Shown here: positions 39,979-50,428 of the stretch, in pieces
Layout: each line of letters starts with the position of its first letter
How positions within the stretch are numbered: the first letter of the stretch is position 1
Assembly: GCA_963422375.2 (NCBI GenBank)
Contig: OY729427.2
Location: 864,001-928,000, forward strand
Length of the DNA: 64,000 bases
Direction: 5' to 3'
DNA from: Bryobacterales bacterium
Lineage (GTDB): Bacteria; Acidobacteriota; Terriglobia; Bryobacterales; UBA6623
Notes under the pieces: model-generated
The model's input: the letters and a program-made list of their open reading frames with translations, nothing else
What the model was told of the DNA's origin: nothing
Databases searched by the model: none
Position numbers and translations under genes: made by a program

Positions 39979-41757
39979 TCAGCCCGGCTTGCGCATTCCC
40001 CGGCCGAGCGGCCACTGCTCGCGTGCGACGACGCCCGTGCCCTCCTCGATACGCACCAAAGCATTGGCCGGCACGGCCTCGAATTCTTCGGAGGCACCCG
40101 ACGGCCAACGGACTTCCAGATCGGCGGCAATCTCGGGCCCTAGCCCGAAATGCAGGCGGCTGTCGCTGGCGGAGTGGAAGCTGGACTGGCTGAGCACGGC
40201 CCGGGCCTGCGAGCGCCCGCCATAGCGAGCGACGACGGTCGCGCCGACGGCACCCCTGTTCGACTTGGTGCCGACGAGCTTCACCTTCAGCCAGTTGCCC
40301 TTTCCCGACACATCGTTCCTGAGCAGCGACGGCGGCGCGTTGAGGTTCACGACCAGAATATCCACGTCGCCGTCGTTGTCGAAGTCACCGAAGGCGCAGC
40401 CCCGGCTGCAGCGCGCCTCGCCGAGGGCCGGCCCGGCCTCGTCGAAGATCTGCTCGAACCGCCCGTTGCCGAGATTGCGGAACAGGACCCTGGGCGTGGC
40501 GGCGGGGTAGCGGTCGAACTCGCGCGCCACCTGCGGATACACGCTCCCCGTAACGAAGAATATATCGGGGAGACCGTCGTTATCCAGATCCGCGATGCCC
40601 GCGCCCCAGCCGACATAGCGGGTCTCGACGCCGATCCCCGACCGCGAGGTCATGTCGTCGAAATAGCCTGATCCGTCGTTCCGGTACAGTACATGCGTGT
40701 CGTCCGAAAAGTGCGTCTTGAACAGGTCCAGCTGGCCGCTGAGGTCGTAGTCGCCGACGGCGACACCCATGCCGGCCTGCTCGGCACCGTCCTCGCTGAC
40801 GGCGCATCCTCGCTCCAGCGCTTCCTCGGCGAAGGTGCCGTCGCCCCTGTTCCGGTACAGCAGGCTCGGGCTCGAGTCGCCCGCGACAAAGATGTCCTGC
40901 CAGCCGTCTCCGTCGAAGTCAGCGGCAACGGCCGTCAACGCGTAGCTCTCGGTCGGCGAGGCGATTCCCGAGACCTCGCTGACGTCCTCGAAGGTGCCGT
41001 CGCCCTTGTTCCGGTACAGCAAGTTTCGGCCGCGAGGCAGTCCGCGCGGGCCGCACACGACGGGAACGCCCTTCCATACGCACACGGAGGAATCGCCCGG
41101 CAGTGGGACGGATCCGAAATCGAACTCGAGATAGCTGGCGACGAACAGATCCAGATGCCCGTTCCGGTTGCAATCGACGAACGTGCAGCCCGACCCCCAG
41201 CGCACCTCGTCCAAGGCCAGCCCCGCATCCTCGGTCACGTCGGTGAACGTCCCGTTCCCGTTGTTCCGGTACAGCACGTTCCGTCCCCAATAGGTCACGA
41301 ACAGGTCGTCGAATCCGTCGTTGTTGTAGTCCCCAACGCACACGGCGGACGCCCAGCCGCTCCGGACCAAGCCGGCTTCCTCAGTGGCATCCGTGAAGGT
41401 CCCGTCGCGGTTATTCCGGTAGAGGCGGTTCGTGGCACCGTCGGGAACGCCCTCAAGGGTGCGTCCGTTAAGGAGGAAGATGTCGAGCCACCCGTCGTTG
41501 TCGTAGTCGACGAAGGCTGCGCCGCATCCGATGGTCTCGAGGATGTACTTGGGGTTGTCAGCCGAGCCGTATACCGTCGGCCTATCCAAGCCGGCTGCCG
41601 ACGCAACGTCCGTGAGCCTCGCGGCGAAGGGCAATCCCGACGCCCGCGGGCGAGGCTGGGGCCGCACTCCCCGCGAAGCGACGCCCTGCGCCCGGAGGAC
41701 GGCGGGGCCTGCCGGGGCCAGCGACAGGACTTGACGGCGCGTAAGCCTAGCGTCCAT
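39979..41757 (-). CDS. CRTAC1 / ASPIC-UnbV family protein with FG-GAP repeats
   Basis: TRRQVL Tat signal; repeated DYDNDG..D; LYRNxxDGTF; SRGCAFGDFDNDG; LHFGLG. Confidence 0.92.
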   Translation of the reverse strand: MDARLTRRQVLSLAPAGPAVLRAQGVASRGVRPQPRPRASGLPFAARLTDVASAAGLDRPTVYGSADNPKYILETIGCGAAFVDYDNDGWLDIFLLNGRTLEGVPDGATNRLYRNNRDGTFTDATEEAGLVRSGWASAVCVGDYNNDGFDDLFVTYWGRNVLYRNNGNGTFTDVTEDAGLALDEVRWGSGCTFVDCNRNGHLDLFVASYLEFDFGSVPLPGDSSVCVWKGVPVVCGPRGLPRGRNLLYRNKGDGTFEDVSEVSGIASPTESYALTAVAADFDGDGWQDIFVAGDSSPSLLYRNRGDGTFAEEALERGCAVSEDGAEQAGMGVAVGDYDLSGQLDLFKTHFSDDTHVLYRNDGSGYFDDMTSRSGIGVETRYVGWGAGIADLDNDGLPDIFFVTGSVYPQVAREFDRYPAATPRVLFRNLGNGRFEQIFDEAGPALGEARCSRGCAFGDFDNDGDVDILVVNLNAPPSLLRNDVSGKGNWLKVKLVGTKSNRGAVGATVVARYGGRSQARAVLSQSSFHSASDSRLHFGLGPEIAADLEVRWPSGASEEFEAVPANALVRIEEGTGVVAREQWPLGRGMRKPG

Positions 41758-42106
41758 GCGCACACTCTATCAACGCGCGCCGACAGCGGTGACTCACGCT
41801 GACGGCCGTGCGGCAGCCTGCACAAAGTTGCGACCCTCTACACGGATCCTGCCCGGACTTCTTGCGCCGCAGCCGACGGGCATCCCGTGGGCCGACGGAA
41901 ACTCGCCACTCGACGGCCCCTGCAGGTAACGCGACGGTCCCAGCCGGACTGGCCATTTCCCGAACATCGCCGGCTGACCAGCCGACTTGATCGCGCAACT
42001 CCCGGACAGCAGGATTCTACACAGGGCCACTGGCATGCCAACATGAGGAGGTCCCGCGGATGGGCAAAGCGTCTCGTCAATGCATCTCGCACGAAGAGGC
42101 ACGGAA

Positions 42107-42852
42107 ATGGACACCACGCAGAACGAGTACCGCTTCGTCATCGATGCTCTCCGCCCTGACGCCATTTCGATGGCGCGTCTCGCCGAGTACATGGGCGAGT
42201 TGGCGCGTCTGCTCGGCGAGACGCGCCATGTGCATTTCTTGCGCTTGGACGAGGGTAGCGTCGCTCTGGCGCACTGAGTCGACCGCGAGGCCGTGCCGCA
42301 AGTTCTGGCTCGCGTCCAAGGGGTGCGCGAGGGAAAAGCGCCGCGCGGCGCAGTCAAGGCGTACCAAGCCTTGAGCGAGCGACTTAGGGAAGACAACGCA
42401 ACGGCGGGGTGGCACGATTTCGACGGGACGCGCCTCCTCGAATTCAAAGGCGGCGATCATCCTTCCGAATCTCCAATAGGTCCATTCAGCCAAGCGGACA
42501 CGCTGTACGCGACGCTCATTCGCATCGGCGGTCAAGGAGACATAGTACCGGTACACTTGGAGGACCGAGATCGAATCCACCATTGCGAGGCCGGCCGAGA
42601 CCTTGCTCGGAATCTGGCCCGGCACCTGTTCAGCGGAACTCTGCTGATCGACGGCAACGGAACATGGTTGCGCGACAACAAAGGCCAGTGGTTGATGAAG
42701 AAGTCAGGATCACGGCATTCGAGGAACTTGATGACAGCCCGCTGACGGAGGTCGTCGCCAAGCTGGGAAGCGGCAAGGGCACGAAGTGGGAGTTCATCGG
42801 CAACGCACATGAAGCCTTGATGCAGATGCGTCGAGATGAGGAGAGCGACTGA
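42107..42852 (+). pseudogene. Hypothetical protein coupled to a PIN gene; nonsense codon and frameshift
   Basis: MDTTQNEYRFVIDALRPDAISMARLAEYM...; in-frame TGA at 42275-42277 with the frame continuing; frameshift near 42703; final TGA overlaps the next ATG. Confidence 0.75.
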
Positions 42853-43400
42853 TGGCGGTCTTCGACGCGTCAGCGGTCCTATATCTCTTCGATGACGAGG
42901 CAGCTTCTCCGCTGGATCCGACGACTGCATGTCCTGTGACCCAAGCGAAAGAGCGGATCGACTATCCGCTTCAGAGACTCGAGGAGAATGGCGAGACACT
43001 AGTCATCCCAACGCCGACCCTCAGTCAAATCCTCATGATCTCCGATCAGGAAGGGCAAAGCCTGCTCGACGAGATGAAGTCCTATAGCTCATTCAGGGGC
43101 GCGCCATTCGACGAGCGATCTGCAATCGTCCCAGCAGACTTGACCCGCAGGGACAAGGGAGCAAATGATCTTCGCGCTGGCACTTCGGAGACTCGAGCAA
43201 AGCTCAAGTTCGACCGGCAGATCATCGCAATCACGCTCACCCTGAAGGAGTCGACCATCTACTCCGACGACTTGGGCCTTGCCAAAGTCGCCCGTCGATT
43301 GGAGGTTGAGGTGATTCACACCTACCAGCTGCCCTTGCCCCCGTGGCAAGAACCACTATTCCCTCGATTCGCAGGTCAGCAGCCATCTGCAATCGAGTGA
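42852..43400 (+). CDS. PIN-domain protein, possibly degenerate
   Basis: VFDAS, VIPTPTLSQIL (Q at the usual Glu), KFDRQII, IYSDD; lower GC than flanks. Confidence 0.75.
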   Translation: MAVFDASAVLYLFDDEAASPLDPTTACPVTQAKERIDYPLQRLEENGETLVIPTPTLSQILMISDQEGQSLLDEMKSYSSFRGAPFDERSAIVPADLTRRDKGANDLRAGTSETRAKLKFDRQIIAITLTLKESTIYSDDLGLAKVARRLEVEVIHTYQLPLPPWQEPLFPRFAGQQPSAIE

Positions 43401-43585
43401 CGAGCAGGCCAACCGCGCGGGCCCGTCTCGGCCGGCTCGTCACGCGTACCGCTTGCACTGAACCGCTACCCTGCCCCGTCGGAGCCGAGTGGCCAGTAGC
43501 GGGCTCGCGCCGAGCTCCGCCTCACCTCAGGTTTCGCGGTCCGAGTCCGAGGTCACCGCAAGACCGTCGGCCCGAGCGATAGAGT

Positions 43586-44830
43586 GTGAACAGCAGTAGT
43601 CTGACCGCGATGGCGGCGAGTCCCGAGCGGCCTGCCGCGAATCCGGGCCCGACGTGCGAGTCACCAGTGCGCTTTCGAATCCTCAGGGCCCTGTCGGCAC
43701 TCTGCGCAGCATTGGCAGCATTGTCGGCAGCGCAGCCTCAGGCTGCGGACGACGCGCTGGCGCTCGGCGCGAGACTCCAGAGCGAGGGCAAGCTCGAACT
43801 GGCGGCGGAGGCGTACGAAAGGGCGTTGCAGCTCGCCCCGGGGCGGGTCGACGCGATCTCGAACCTAGCGGTCGCACGCCTCGGCCTAGGCCAGCCGGAG
43901 AGAGCCATACAGGGCCTGCGCAGGGCACGAGAGGCGGTGCCGGGCCATTCGGGAGTCGCGTACTATCTGGGCCTGGCCCTGTTTCAGAGCGGGCGGCTCG
44001 CCGAAGCGCGCGAGGAGCTGGCATGGGTGCTCGAAAGACAGCCCTCGAACAATCAAGCGCTGCACCTGTACGGCCTCTGCCTTCTGAAGCTGGGCGAGAT
44101 GTCTCAGGGAATCTCCGTTCTCGAGAAGGTGCTGGCTGCCGCCCCTGCCAACCGCCAGGCCTCCTACACGCTCGGATCGGCCTACATCAAGGCCGGCCGG
44201 GTCGAGCGGGCGGAACAACTTGCAGAGCGGCACCTGGCCGAGGACGAGAGCGCCGAGGCCCAGCTCGTCAGGGGCTCGCTGCACATTGCCAGCAAGGAGT
44301 ACGCGGAGGCGCTGAGGTCCCTCGAGCGGGCCGCGGCCGGCGGCGCCGACCTGCCGACCCTGCGGTCCCAAACCGGCGTCGCGCTGCTCTACGCAGGCCA
44401 ACGAGACCGTGCCGCGCGCGAGTTCGAAGCCGAGCTCGCACGCAATCCCGCCGATTTCAACGCCAACGCCTTGCTCGGCTGGCTCGTGCATCAAGACGGG
44501 GATCCCGATCGAGCGCTCGACCTGCTCGGAACCGCCTACGATCTGAATAGGGACGACACGGGCGTGAAGTACCTGCTCGCTCAGGCGCATAGCGGGAAAG
44601 GCAACTGGCCGGAGGCGCGAGCGCTGCTGGAGCAGGTCGTCGAGGCCCAGCCCGAATTCGCTCCGGCGCATGTGATGCTGGCGCGAGCCTACGCCAAGCT
44701 CCAGCGCACTGACCTCTTCCGCGAGAGACAGCGGATCATCCGAACGCTGAACGCCGCGCAGCAGCAGCGGGACTTGCAGGGAGTGGATCACCTCTACGAG
44801 GGCAGAGTCCTGCCAATGCCCGGCCGGTGA
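43586..44830 (+). CDS. Tetratricopeptide-repeat protein, likely exported; start uncertain
   Basis: Signal-like segment followed by many TPR-pattern repeats; overlaps next gene. Confidence 0.85.
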   Translation: MNSSSLTAMAASPERPAANPGPTCESPVRFRILRALSALCAALAALSAAQPQAADDALALGARLQSEGKLELAAEAYERALQLAPGRVDAISNLAVARLGLGQPERAIQGLRRAREAVPGHSGVAYYLGLALFQSGRLAEAREELAWVLERQPSNNQALHLYGLCLLKLGEMSQGISVLEKVLAAAPANRQASYTLGSAYIKAGRVERAEQLAERHLAEDESAEAQLVRGSLHIASKEYAEALRSLERAAAGGADLPTLRSQTGVALLYAGQRDRAAREFEAELARNPADFNANALLGWLVHQDGDPDRALDLLGTAYDLNRDDTGVKYLLAQAHSGKGNWPEARALLEQVVEAQPEFAPAHVMLARAYAKLQRTDLFRERQRIIRTLNAAQQQRDLQGVDHLYEGRVLPMPGR

Positions 44831-46536
44831 CATTCGCGCTCGCCCGCAACAGCATGAAGCGCGGCCTCGCAGCAATCCGCTCCACCGCCCGGGCAGCTCT
44901 GCTGGCGCTAGCGGCGCTGGGTGCGTCTTACAGCTCAGCGCAGACGGGCGCGATTCGATTCACCCCCGTCCCCCCGAGCGCGTCCGGCATTTCCTGGAGC
45001 CACGCCAACGGGATGTCGGACGCGCGCCACCTGCCGGAGACCGTCGGGGCCGGATGCGCCTTCCTGGACTTCGACGGCGACGGCTGGATGGACGTCTACC
45101 TAGTGAACAGCGGGCCCTCCGATTTCTTCAGGCCCGAGAAGCCGCTTTCGAACGCCCTCTATCGCAACAACCGCGACGGGACCTTCACGGACGTCACGGT
45201 GGCGGCAGGCGTTCCGGGGGGCCAGTTCGGCATGGGCGCGGCGGCGGCGGACTACGACAGAGACGGCCACACCGACCTCTTCCTCACGTCGTACGGGCGC
45301 AACTTGCTCTACCGCAACCGCGGCGACGGCACGTTCGAAGAAGTCGCCCGGGAAGCCGGCCTAGATGCCAAGGGCTGGTTCACCGACGCCGTCTGGTTCG
45401 ACTACGACGGCGACTCGCACGTCGACCTGTTCATCTCGGGCTTCGTCTCCTACAGCCTCGAGGAGTCCAAGTACTGCGGCGACAACGCTGCCGGCAGGCG
45501 GCACTACTGCATTCCCCGGTCGTTCCGGCCAACCAAGTGCCGGCTTTTCCGCAGCAACGGCGACGGGACCTTCACGGACGCGAGTGAGGAGTCGCGCATC
45601 GCGAGCGTAGGCAGCAAGTCCTTCGGCGCCGTAGCGACCGACATCAACCGGGACGGGGCGCTGGACCTGTTCGTCGCGAACGACACGATCCAGAACTTCC
45701 TGTTCGTAAACCAGCGCGACGGCACCTTCTCGGAGGAGGGGCTGCTGCTAGGCGTCGCCTACAGCGACGCCGGCCTGCCCCGGTCGGGCATGGGCGTCGA
45801 CACCGCCGACTACGACGGGGACGGCTGGCAGGACCTATTCGTGGCCAACATCGACCAGGAGATGTTCAGCCTGTACCGAAATCTCGGCGGGGACGACTTC
45901 AGCGACACGTCCCTCGCGGTGCAGCGCGCCACGCGGCTCTCGAGCGGCTGGGGCCTCAAGTTCGCCGATTTCGACAACGACTCGGACCCGGACCTGATCC
46001 TCGCCAACGGCCACCCCGATGACATGATCGGAATGTTCAAGCCCTTGGTGACCTACAGGCAGAGGCTGATCCTGCTGGAGAACACGGGCCAAGACTTCGC
46101 GAACGTCAGCGAGAGCGCGGGAAGCGTTTTCGCGGAAGAGCACTCGTCGCGCGGGCTAGCCGTCGGCGACTACGACAACGACGGCGACACGGACGTGCTC
46201 GTGGCCAACAACGGCGGGGCCCCGCTCCTGCTGCGGAACGACACGGAGCCGGTCAACGCATGGGCAGGCCTGCGTCTAGTCGCGAGGCGGAGCAGCTCCG
46301 CGGCGGTCGGCGCTGTCATCGCGTGGAAGGCAGGGGATGTCGAGCGGACACGGTTTCGGGCCGGGGGCGGCAGCTTCCTCTCGTCTCACGACCCGCGTGT
46401 CATCCTTGGGCTCGGATCCGCGCAGCGCGCCGAATGGATCGAGATCCGCTGGCCTAGCGGCACGGTGGACCGGCTGGAGGCCCCGAGGAGCGGCCGGTAC
46501 GTCACCGTCCGCGAGGGACTTGGAGCCGAGCCGTAG
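44827..46536 (+). CDS. CRTAC1 / ASPIC-UnbV family protein
   Basis: [21 protein letters not shown] repeats, [22 protein letters not shown]. Confidence 0.92.
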   Translation: MTFALARNSMKRGLAAIRSTARAALLALAALGASYSSAQTGAIRFTPVPPSASGISWSHANGMSDARHLPETVGAGCAFLDFDGDGWMDVYLVNSGPSDFFRPEKPLSNALYRNNRDGTFTDVTVAAGVPGGQFGMGAAAADYDRDGHTDLFLTSYGRNLLYRNRGDGTFEEVAREAGLDAKGWFTDAVWFDYDGDSHVDLFISGFVSYSLEESKYCGDNAAGRRHYCIPRSFRPTKCRLFRSNGDGTFTDASEESRIASVGSKSFGAVATDINRDGALDLFVANDTIQNFLFVNQRDGTFSEEGLLLGVAYSDAGLPRSGMGVDTADYDGDGWQDLFVANIDQEMFSLYRNLGGDDFSDTSLAVQRATRLSSGWGLKFADFDNDSDPDLILANGHPDDMIGMFKPLVTYRQRLILLENTGQDFANVSESAGSVFAEEHSSRGLAVGDYDNDGDTDVLVANNGGAPLLLRNDTEPVNAWAGLRLVARRSSSAAVGAVIAWKAGDVERTRFRAGGGSFLSSHDPRVILGLGSAQRAEWIEIRWPSGTVDRLEAPRSGRYVTVREGLGAEP

Positions 46537-46588
46537 AGGGGCGAGTCGCGGGCCCGGCAGGCCCGTTGCTGTAATCTGGGAACCTGGC

Positions 46589-47191
46589 ATGTTCGGCGGC
46601 GACGAGCGCAAGAGGCTTGAACAGGAACGCAGGAGCCAGGGCAGGCTTCCGCCCGGCCAGTCGCTGACGCTGAAGTGGCCCGTCCTCCACGCCGGCTCCG
46701 TACCGGCCTTCGATCCGGCGACGTGGACGTTCGCCGTGTCGGGCCTCGTGGAAGATCCGTTCGAGCTGACCTGGGACGAGTTCAAAGCGCTGCCGCGAAC
46801 GCGCGTCAGGGCCGACTTCCACTGCGTGACCACCTGGAGCAAGTTCGACAACGTCTGGGAGGGAGTCTCCGTCCGGACCTTGGTCGGACGCGCCCGGCCC
46901 GCGAAGGAAGCACGCTACGTGATCCAGCATTGCGAGGGCGGCTACGCGACCAACACCCCCCTGGAGGACCTGCTGCGGGACGACGTGCTCCTAGCGGACG
47001 CCCACAGCCCCGAGCCGCTCACTCCCGAACACGGCGCCCCGCTGCGCATGGTGGTGCCGCACCTTTACGCGTGGAAGAGCGCCAAGTGGATCCGCGGGCT
47101 GGAATTCGTCACCGAGGACCGAGCCGGCTTCTGGGAGCAGCGAGGCTACCACATGTACGGCGATCCCAAACGCGAGCAGCGCTTTTCGTAG
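46589..47191 (+). CDS. Sulfite-oxidase-like molybdopterin-binding oxidoreductase
   Basis: RLPPGQ, DFHCVTTWS, EHGAPLR, YAWKSAKW, GFWEQRGYH. Confidence 0.92.
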   Translation: MFGGDERKRLEQERRSQGRLPPGQSLTLKWPVLHAGSVPAFDPATWTFAVSGLVEDPFELTWDEFKALPRTRVRADFHCVTTWSKFDNVWEGVSVRTLVGRARPAKEARYVIQHCEGGYATNTPLEDLLRDDVLLADAHSPEPLTPEHGAPLRMVVPHLYAWKSAKWIRGLEFVTEDRAGFWEQRGYHMYGDPKREQRFS

Positions 47192-47200
47192 GACTGCCGG

Positions 47201-47620
47201 GTGCTGAAGGGATTCCTGGGTCGCCTGGCGGGACGGCGCGAGCCGGAGCCGCCCGCCCTGCGGGGCCGCCCTGCCATCCGGCGCGAGAAGACGTACTCGG
47301 CCGAAAGCGGCTATGTCTACCAGTACACCTACGAAGGCTTCCGGGACGCGACGCGCGACGGCACCCATGGCCGCGACTTCGTGTTCCGCTGCACTTCGGA
47401 CCGGGCCCGCCATTGCTCGCTGGCGGTGTTCGCTCCGGACAGGACGTTCGCCTCGTGGGAGCGGGACTTCGGTCGCGAGCTGAGCGAAGTCGAGCGCTAC
47501 GCGGTCGTCAAGATGCGCCTGTTCGAGATCCTCGACGAATCGGCGCGCATCCGCGCGGACCGCGTGGAGCTGCTGGCGGCGGAGCACGTGCAGCGCCAGG
47601 TCGAGGCGCTCGACCTGTAG
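47201..47620 (+). CDS. Hypothetical protein
   Basis: 139-aa ORF filling the gap between two plus-strand genes; RREKTYSAESGYVYQY segment. Confidence 0.75.
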   Translation: MLKGFLGRLAGRREPEPPALRGRPAIRREKTYSAESGYVYQYTYEGFRDATRDGTHGRDFVFRCTSDRARHCSLAVFAPDRTFASWERDFGRELSEVERYAVVKMRLFEILDESARIRADRVELLAAEHVQRQVEALDL

Positions 47621-47647
47621 AAGGGCCCGCGCACGTACAATGGGCCC

Positions 47648-49372
47648 ATGGGCACACGCGTGGTCTGGCTGGCCGCGGCGCTCGCGGCCGCGAGTTGTAG
47701 CACGGACCGACCGTCGCAGGACGCCGAGTTCGTCGCGCTAGCGGAACGCTACATCGAAGACCTCCTCCGAGAAGCCCCGGAGTTCGCCACCGCGCTCGGC
47801 GACCACCGATACGACGGACGCCTGAACGACTACTCGGCGGAGGCCGTCGCCCGGCGTGCCGACTCGGACCGGCGGTTTCTCGAGGAGCTCGCCGCGATCG
47901 ACCCGTCCGGACTCAGCGACGACAACGCCGTCGACCGGGCCATCCTCGAGAACGAACTCCGCTTCGGTGTCTGGTCTGCCGAGGAGCTGCGGGAGCACGA
48001 GTGGAACCCGAGGCGCTACGGCGTCGGCGACGCGCTTTACGGCCTGCTCGCCCGGGACTTCGCCCCGCTCGAGACCCGGCTCGCCAGCCTCAAGCAGCGG
48101 CTCGAGGCCGTGCCGGCGGCCTTGGAGGAGGCACGCGAGAACCTGGCCAGCCCGCCCGCAATCCACACAGAGACGGCGATCCGGCAAAACGACGGCGCGG
48201 TCGCGCTGATTCGCGACGAGCTCGACGCATTTCTCGACGAGGCGCCCGACATGCGCGAGGAGCTCGAGTCGGCTCGCGCCGCGGCCGTGGCCGCCTTGGA
48301 AGAGTACGGGCGCTGGCTGCGCGACGACCTGCTGCCGCGGTCGGACGGAGACTTCCGGATCGGCGAGAGCAGATACCGCGCCAAGCTGGCGTTCACGCTG
48401 CATTCGGACCTGTCGATGGAGGAGATCCTGGCCCGGGCCGAGGCCCGGCTGGCCGAACTGCAGGACGAGCTGTACGACACCGCCCTGCCCCTGTACCTGG
48501 AAGCCCATCCCGCCGCGAGCGAGTCCGAGCGACGCGACCGGAGCGCGGTCGTACGCGCGGTTCTCGACGATCTGGCCGACTCCCACCCGACGGACATGTC
48601 GATCGTGGAGGATGCCAGGAGCGCGCTCGATGAGGTCACCGCGTTCACGCAGGAGCGCCGCCTGGTGAGCCTGCCCGGCAAGCCGCTGCAGATTATCGTC
48701 ATGCCGGAATTCCGGCGCGGCGTCTCCACGGCGTACTGCGACTCGCCCGGGCCGCTCGAGGAGAACGGGGAGACGTTCTACGCGATCTCGCCCACGCCCG
48801 AGGACTGGACGGACCAGCGCAAGCTGTCGTTCTACCGCGAGTACAACGATTTCATGCTGAGGGATCTGACCGTTCACGAAGCCGTGCCGGGGCACTACCT
48901 CCAGATCGCCCATTCCAACCGGGCGCGCCCGCCGACGCTGGTCCGGGCGGTTTTCAACTCGGGAACGTTCGTAGAGGGCTGGGCCGTCTACGCCGAGCAA
49001 GTGATGGCGGAGCACGGATACGGCGGCCCGCGCTTCAAGATGCAGCAGCTGAAAATGCTGACCCGCGCCGTGATCAACGCGATCCTCGACCAGAAGATCC
49101 ACGCCGGTTCCATGACCGAGCAGGAGGCGATGGACCTGATGCTGCGGGAGGGCTACCAGGAAGATGGCGAAGCGGCGGGCAAGTGGATCCGGGCGCAGCT
49201 GACGTCGGCGCAGCTATCCACGTACTTCGTCGGAATCGCCGAGCACAACGACCTGCGGGACGCGTGGATCGCCAGGAACGGCCTGATCGAAGACTGGCAG
49301 GCGTATCACGACCGCGTGCTCGCGCACGGCTCGCCCCCTCCGAAGTTCGTGAGGCAGCTGCTCGGCCTGTAG
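47648..49372 (+). CDS. DUF885 family lipoprotein
   Basis: Lipobox AASC; ATALGDHRYD, HEAVPGHYLQ, FVEGWAVYAE, QLSTYFVG. Confidence 0.9.
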   Translation: MGTRVVWLAAALAAASCSTDRPSQDAEFVALAERYIEDLLREAPEFATALGDHRYDGRLNDYSAEAVARRADSDRRFLEELAAIDPSGLSDDNAVDRAILENELRFGVWSAEELREHEWNPRRYGVGDALYGLLARDFAPLETRLASLKQRLEAVPAALEEARENLASPPAIHTETAIRQNDGAVALIRDELDAFLDEAPDMREELESARAAAVAALEEYGRWLRDDLLPRSDGDFRIGESRYRAKLAFTLHSDLSMEEILARAEARLAELQDELYDTALPLYLEAHPAASESERRDRSAVVRAVLDDLADSHPTDMSIVEDARSALDEVTAFTQERRLVSLPGKPLQIIVMPEFRRGVSTAYCDSPGPLEENGETFYAISPTPEDWTDQRKLSFYREYNDFMLRDLTVHEAVPGHYLQIAHSNRARPPTLVRAVFNSGTFVEGWAVYAEQVMAEHGYGGPRFKMQQLKMLTRAVINAILDQKIHAGSMTEQEAMDLMLREGYQEDGEAAGKWIRAQLTSAQLSTYFVGIAEHNDLRDAWIARNGLIEDWQAYHDRVLAHGSPPPKFVRQLLGL

Positions 49373-49376
49373 CGGC

Positions 49377-50327
49377 ATGCCAGACCACCGACCTGGCGGC
49401 GCCGCGCCGCGCCGCGCGCCGGGCGGGGTGACCCTCTCGCGCCTCGCACTCGCCGCGGCGCTCGGCCTGCTCGGCGGCGCCTGCTCCGTCAAGAAGTTCG
49501 CGGTGCGGCAGGTGGCCGACGCCCTTGCGTCGGACGGGTCGGTCTACGAGAGGGATTCCGACATCGAACTCGTCGGCGGGGCCCTGCCGTTCAGCCTCAA
49601 GCTGGTCGAGAGCCTGCTCGACGTCACCCCGCGCCACCGGGGCCTGCTGGTCACGGCCGCCAAGGGATTCGCGCTGTACGCGCTCGCGTACGTCGACACG
49701 CCCGGGGAGATCCTGATCGAGGAAGACTTCGAGCGGGGCCGCGAGCTCCGGGTTCGCGCCAAGCGCCTCTACCTGCGTTCCCTCGCCTTCAGCACCGACG
49801 CGCTCGAGAGGGCCTATCCGGGCATCGAGGACCAGTTGCGGAGCAGCCCTCGCGAGGCGGCCGCCCGCGTGAAGAGGAAGGACATCGACCTGCTGTACTG
49901 GGCCGGCGCGGCCTTGGGGCTTTCGATCTCGGCGGACACCACCGACCCGCGCATGCTGCTGCGCCTGGGCGAGGTAGAGGCGCTGCTGGATCGCGCCATG
50001 GAACTGGACGAGGGCTGGGACCGGGGCACGCTGCACGAGTTCCGCCTGAAGCTGGAAGCGGCCCGGCCCGGCGGCGCCAGGCCCGACGTGATCGAGAGCA
50101 GCTTCCGCCGGGCGGCTGAGCTGTCGGACGGGCAGCGCGCGAGCCTGTACGTGGATTACGCAGTAGCCGCCGCCATCCCGTCCCAGAACCGGGAACTGTT
50201 CGGCAAGATGCTGGACCGGGCGCTGGCGATCGACGCGGATGAGTTCGAGCAGTACCGCCTGCTCAACCTGCTCGCCCAACGACGGGCCGTCTGGCTGCGC
50301 TCCCGCACCGACGATCTCTTTTTCTAG
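49377..50327 (+). CDS. TRAP transporter TatT component (TPR lipoprotein)
   Basis: Lipobox LGGAC; D.ELVGGALPFSLKLVESLL, RAKRLY, terminal DDLFF; precedes a DctP gene. Confidence 0.85.
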   Translation: MPDHRPGGAAPRRAPGGVTLSRLALAAALGLLGGACSVKKFAVRQVADALASDGSVYERDSDIELVGGALPFSLKLVESLLDVTPRHRGLLVTAAKGFALYALAYVDTPGEILIEEDFERGRELRVRAKRLYLRSLAFSTDALERAYPGIEDQLRSSPREAAARVKRKDIDLLYWAGAALGLSISADTTDPRMLLRLGEVEALLDRAMELDEGWDRGTLHEFRLKLEAARPGGARPDVIESSFRRAAELSDGQRASLYVDYAVAAAIPSQNRELFGKMLDRALAIDADEFEQYRLLNLLAQRRAVWLRSRTDDLFF

Positions 50328-50428
50328 CGCTGCCGCGCGCGCGGGCGCGACGCATATACTGAAGCTGGAAGTCCCGAACGGGCGCGACGCGGGACAGTCC
50401 GGCGGCCGCGAACGGAGCGAGTGTCGAC

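Noticed and set aside
41800..42100. Possible riboswitch upstream of the PIN module
   Set aside because: Only isolated words (GCCACTG, GGCAAA) match; no full cobalamin or c-di-GMP consensus.
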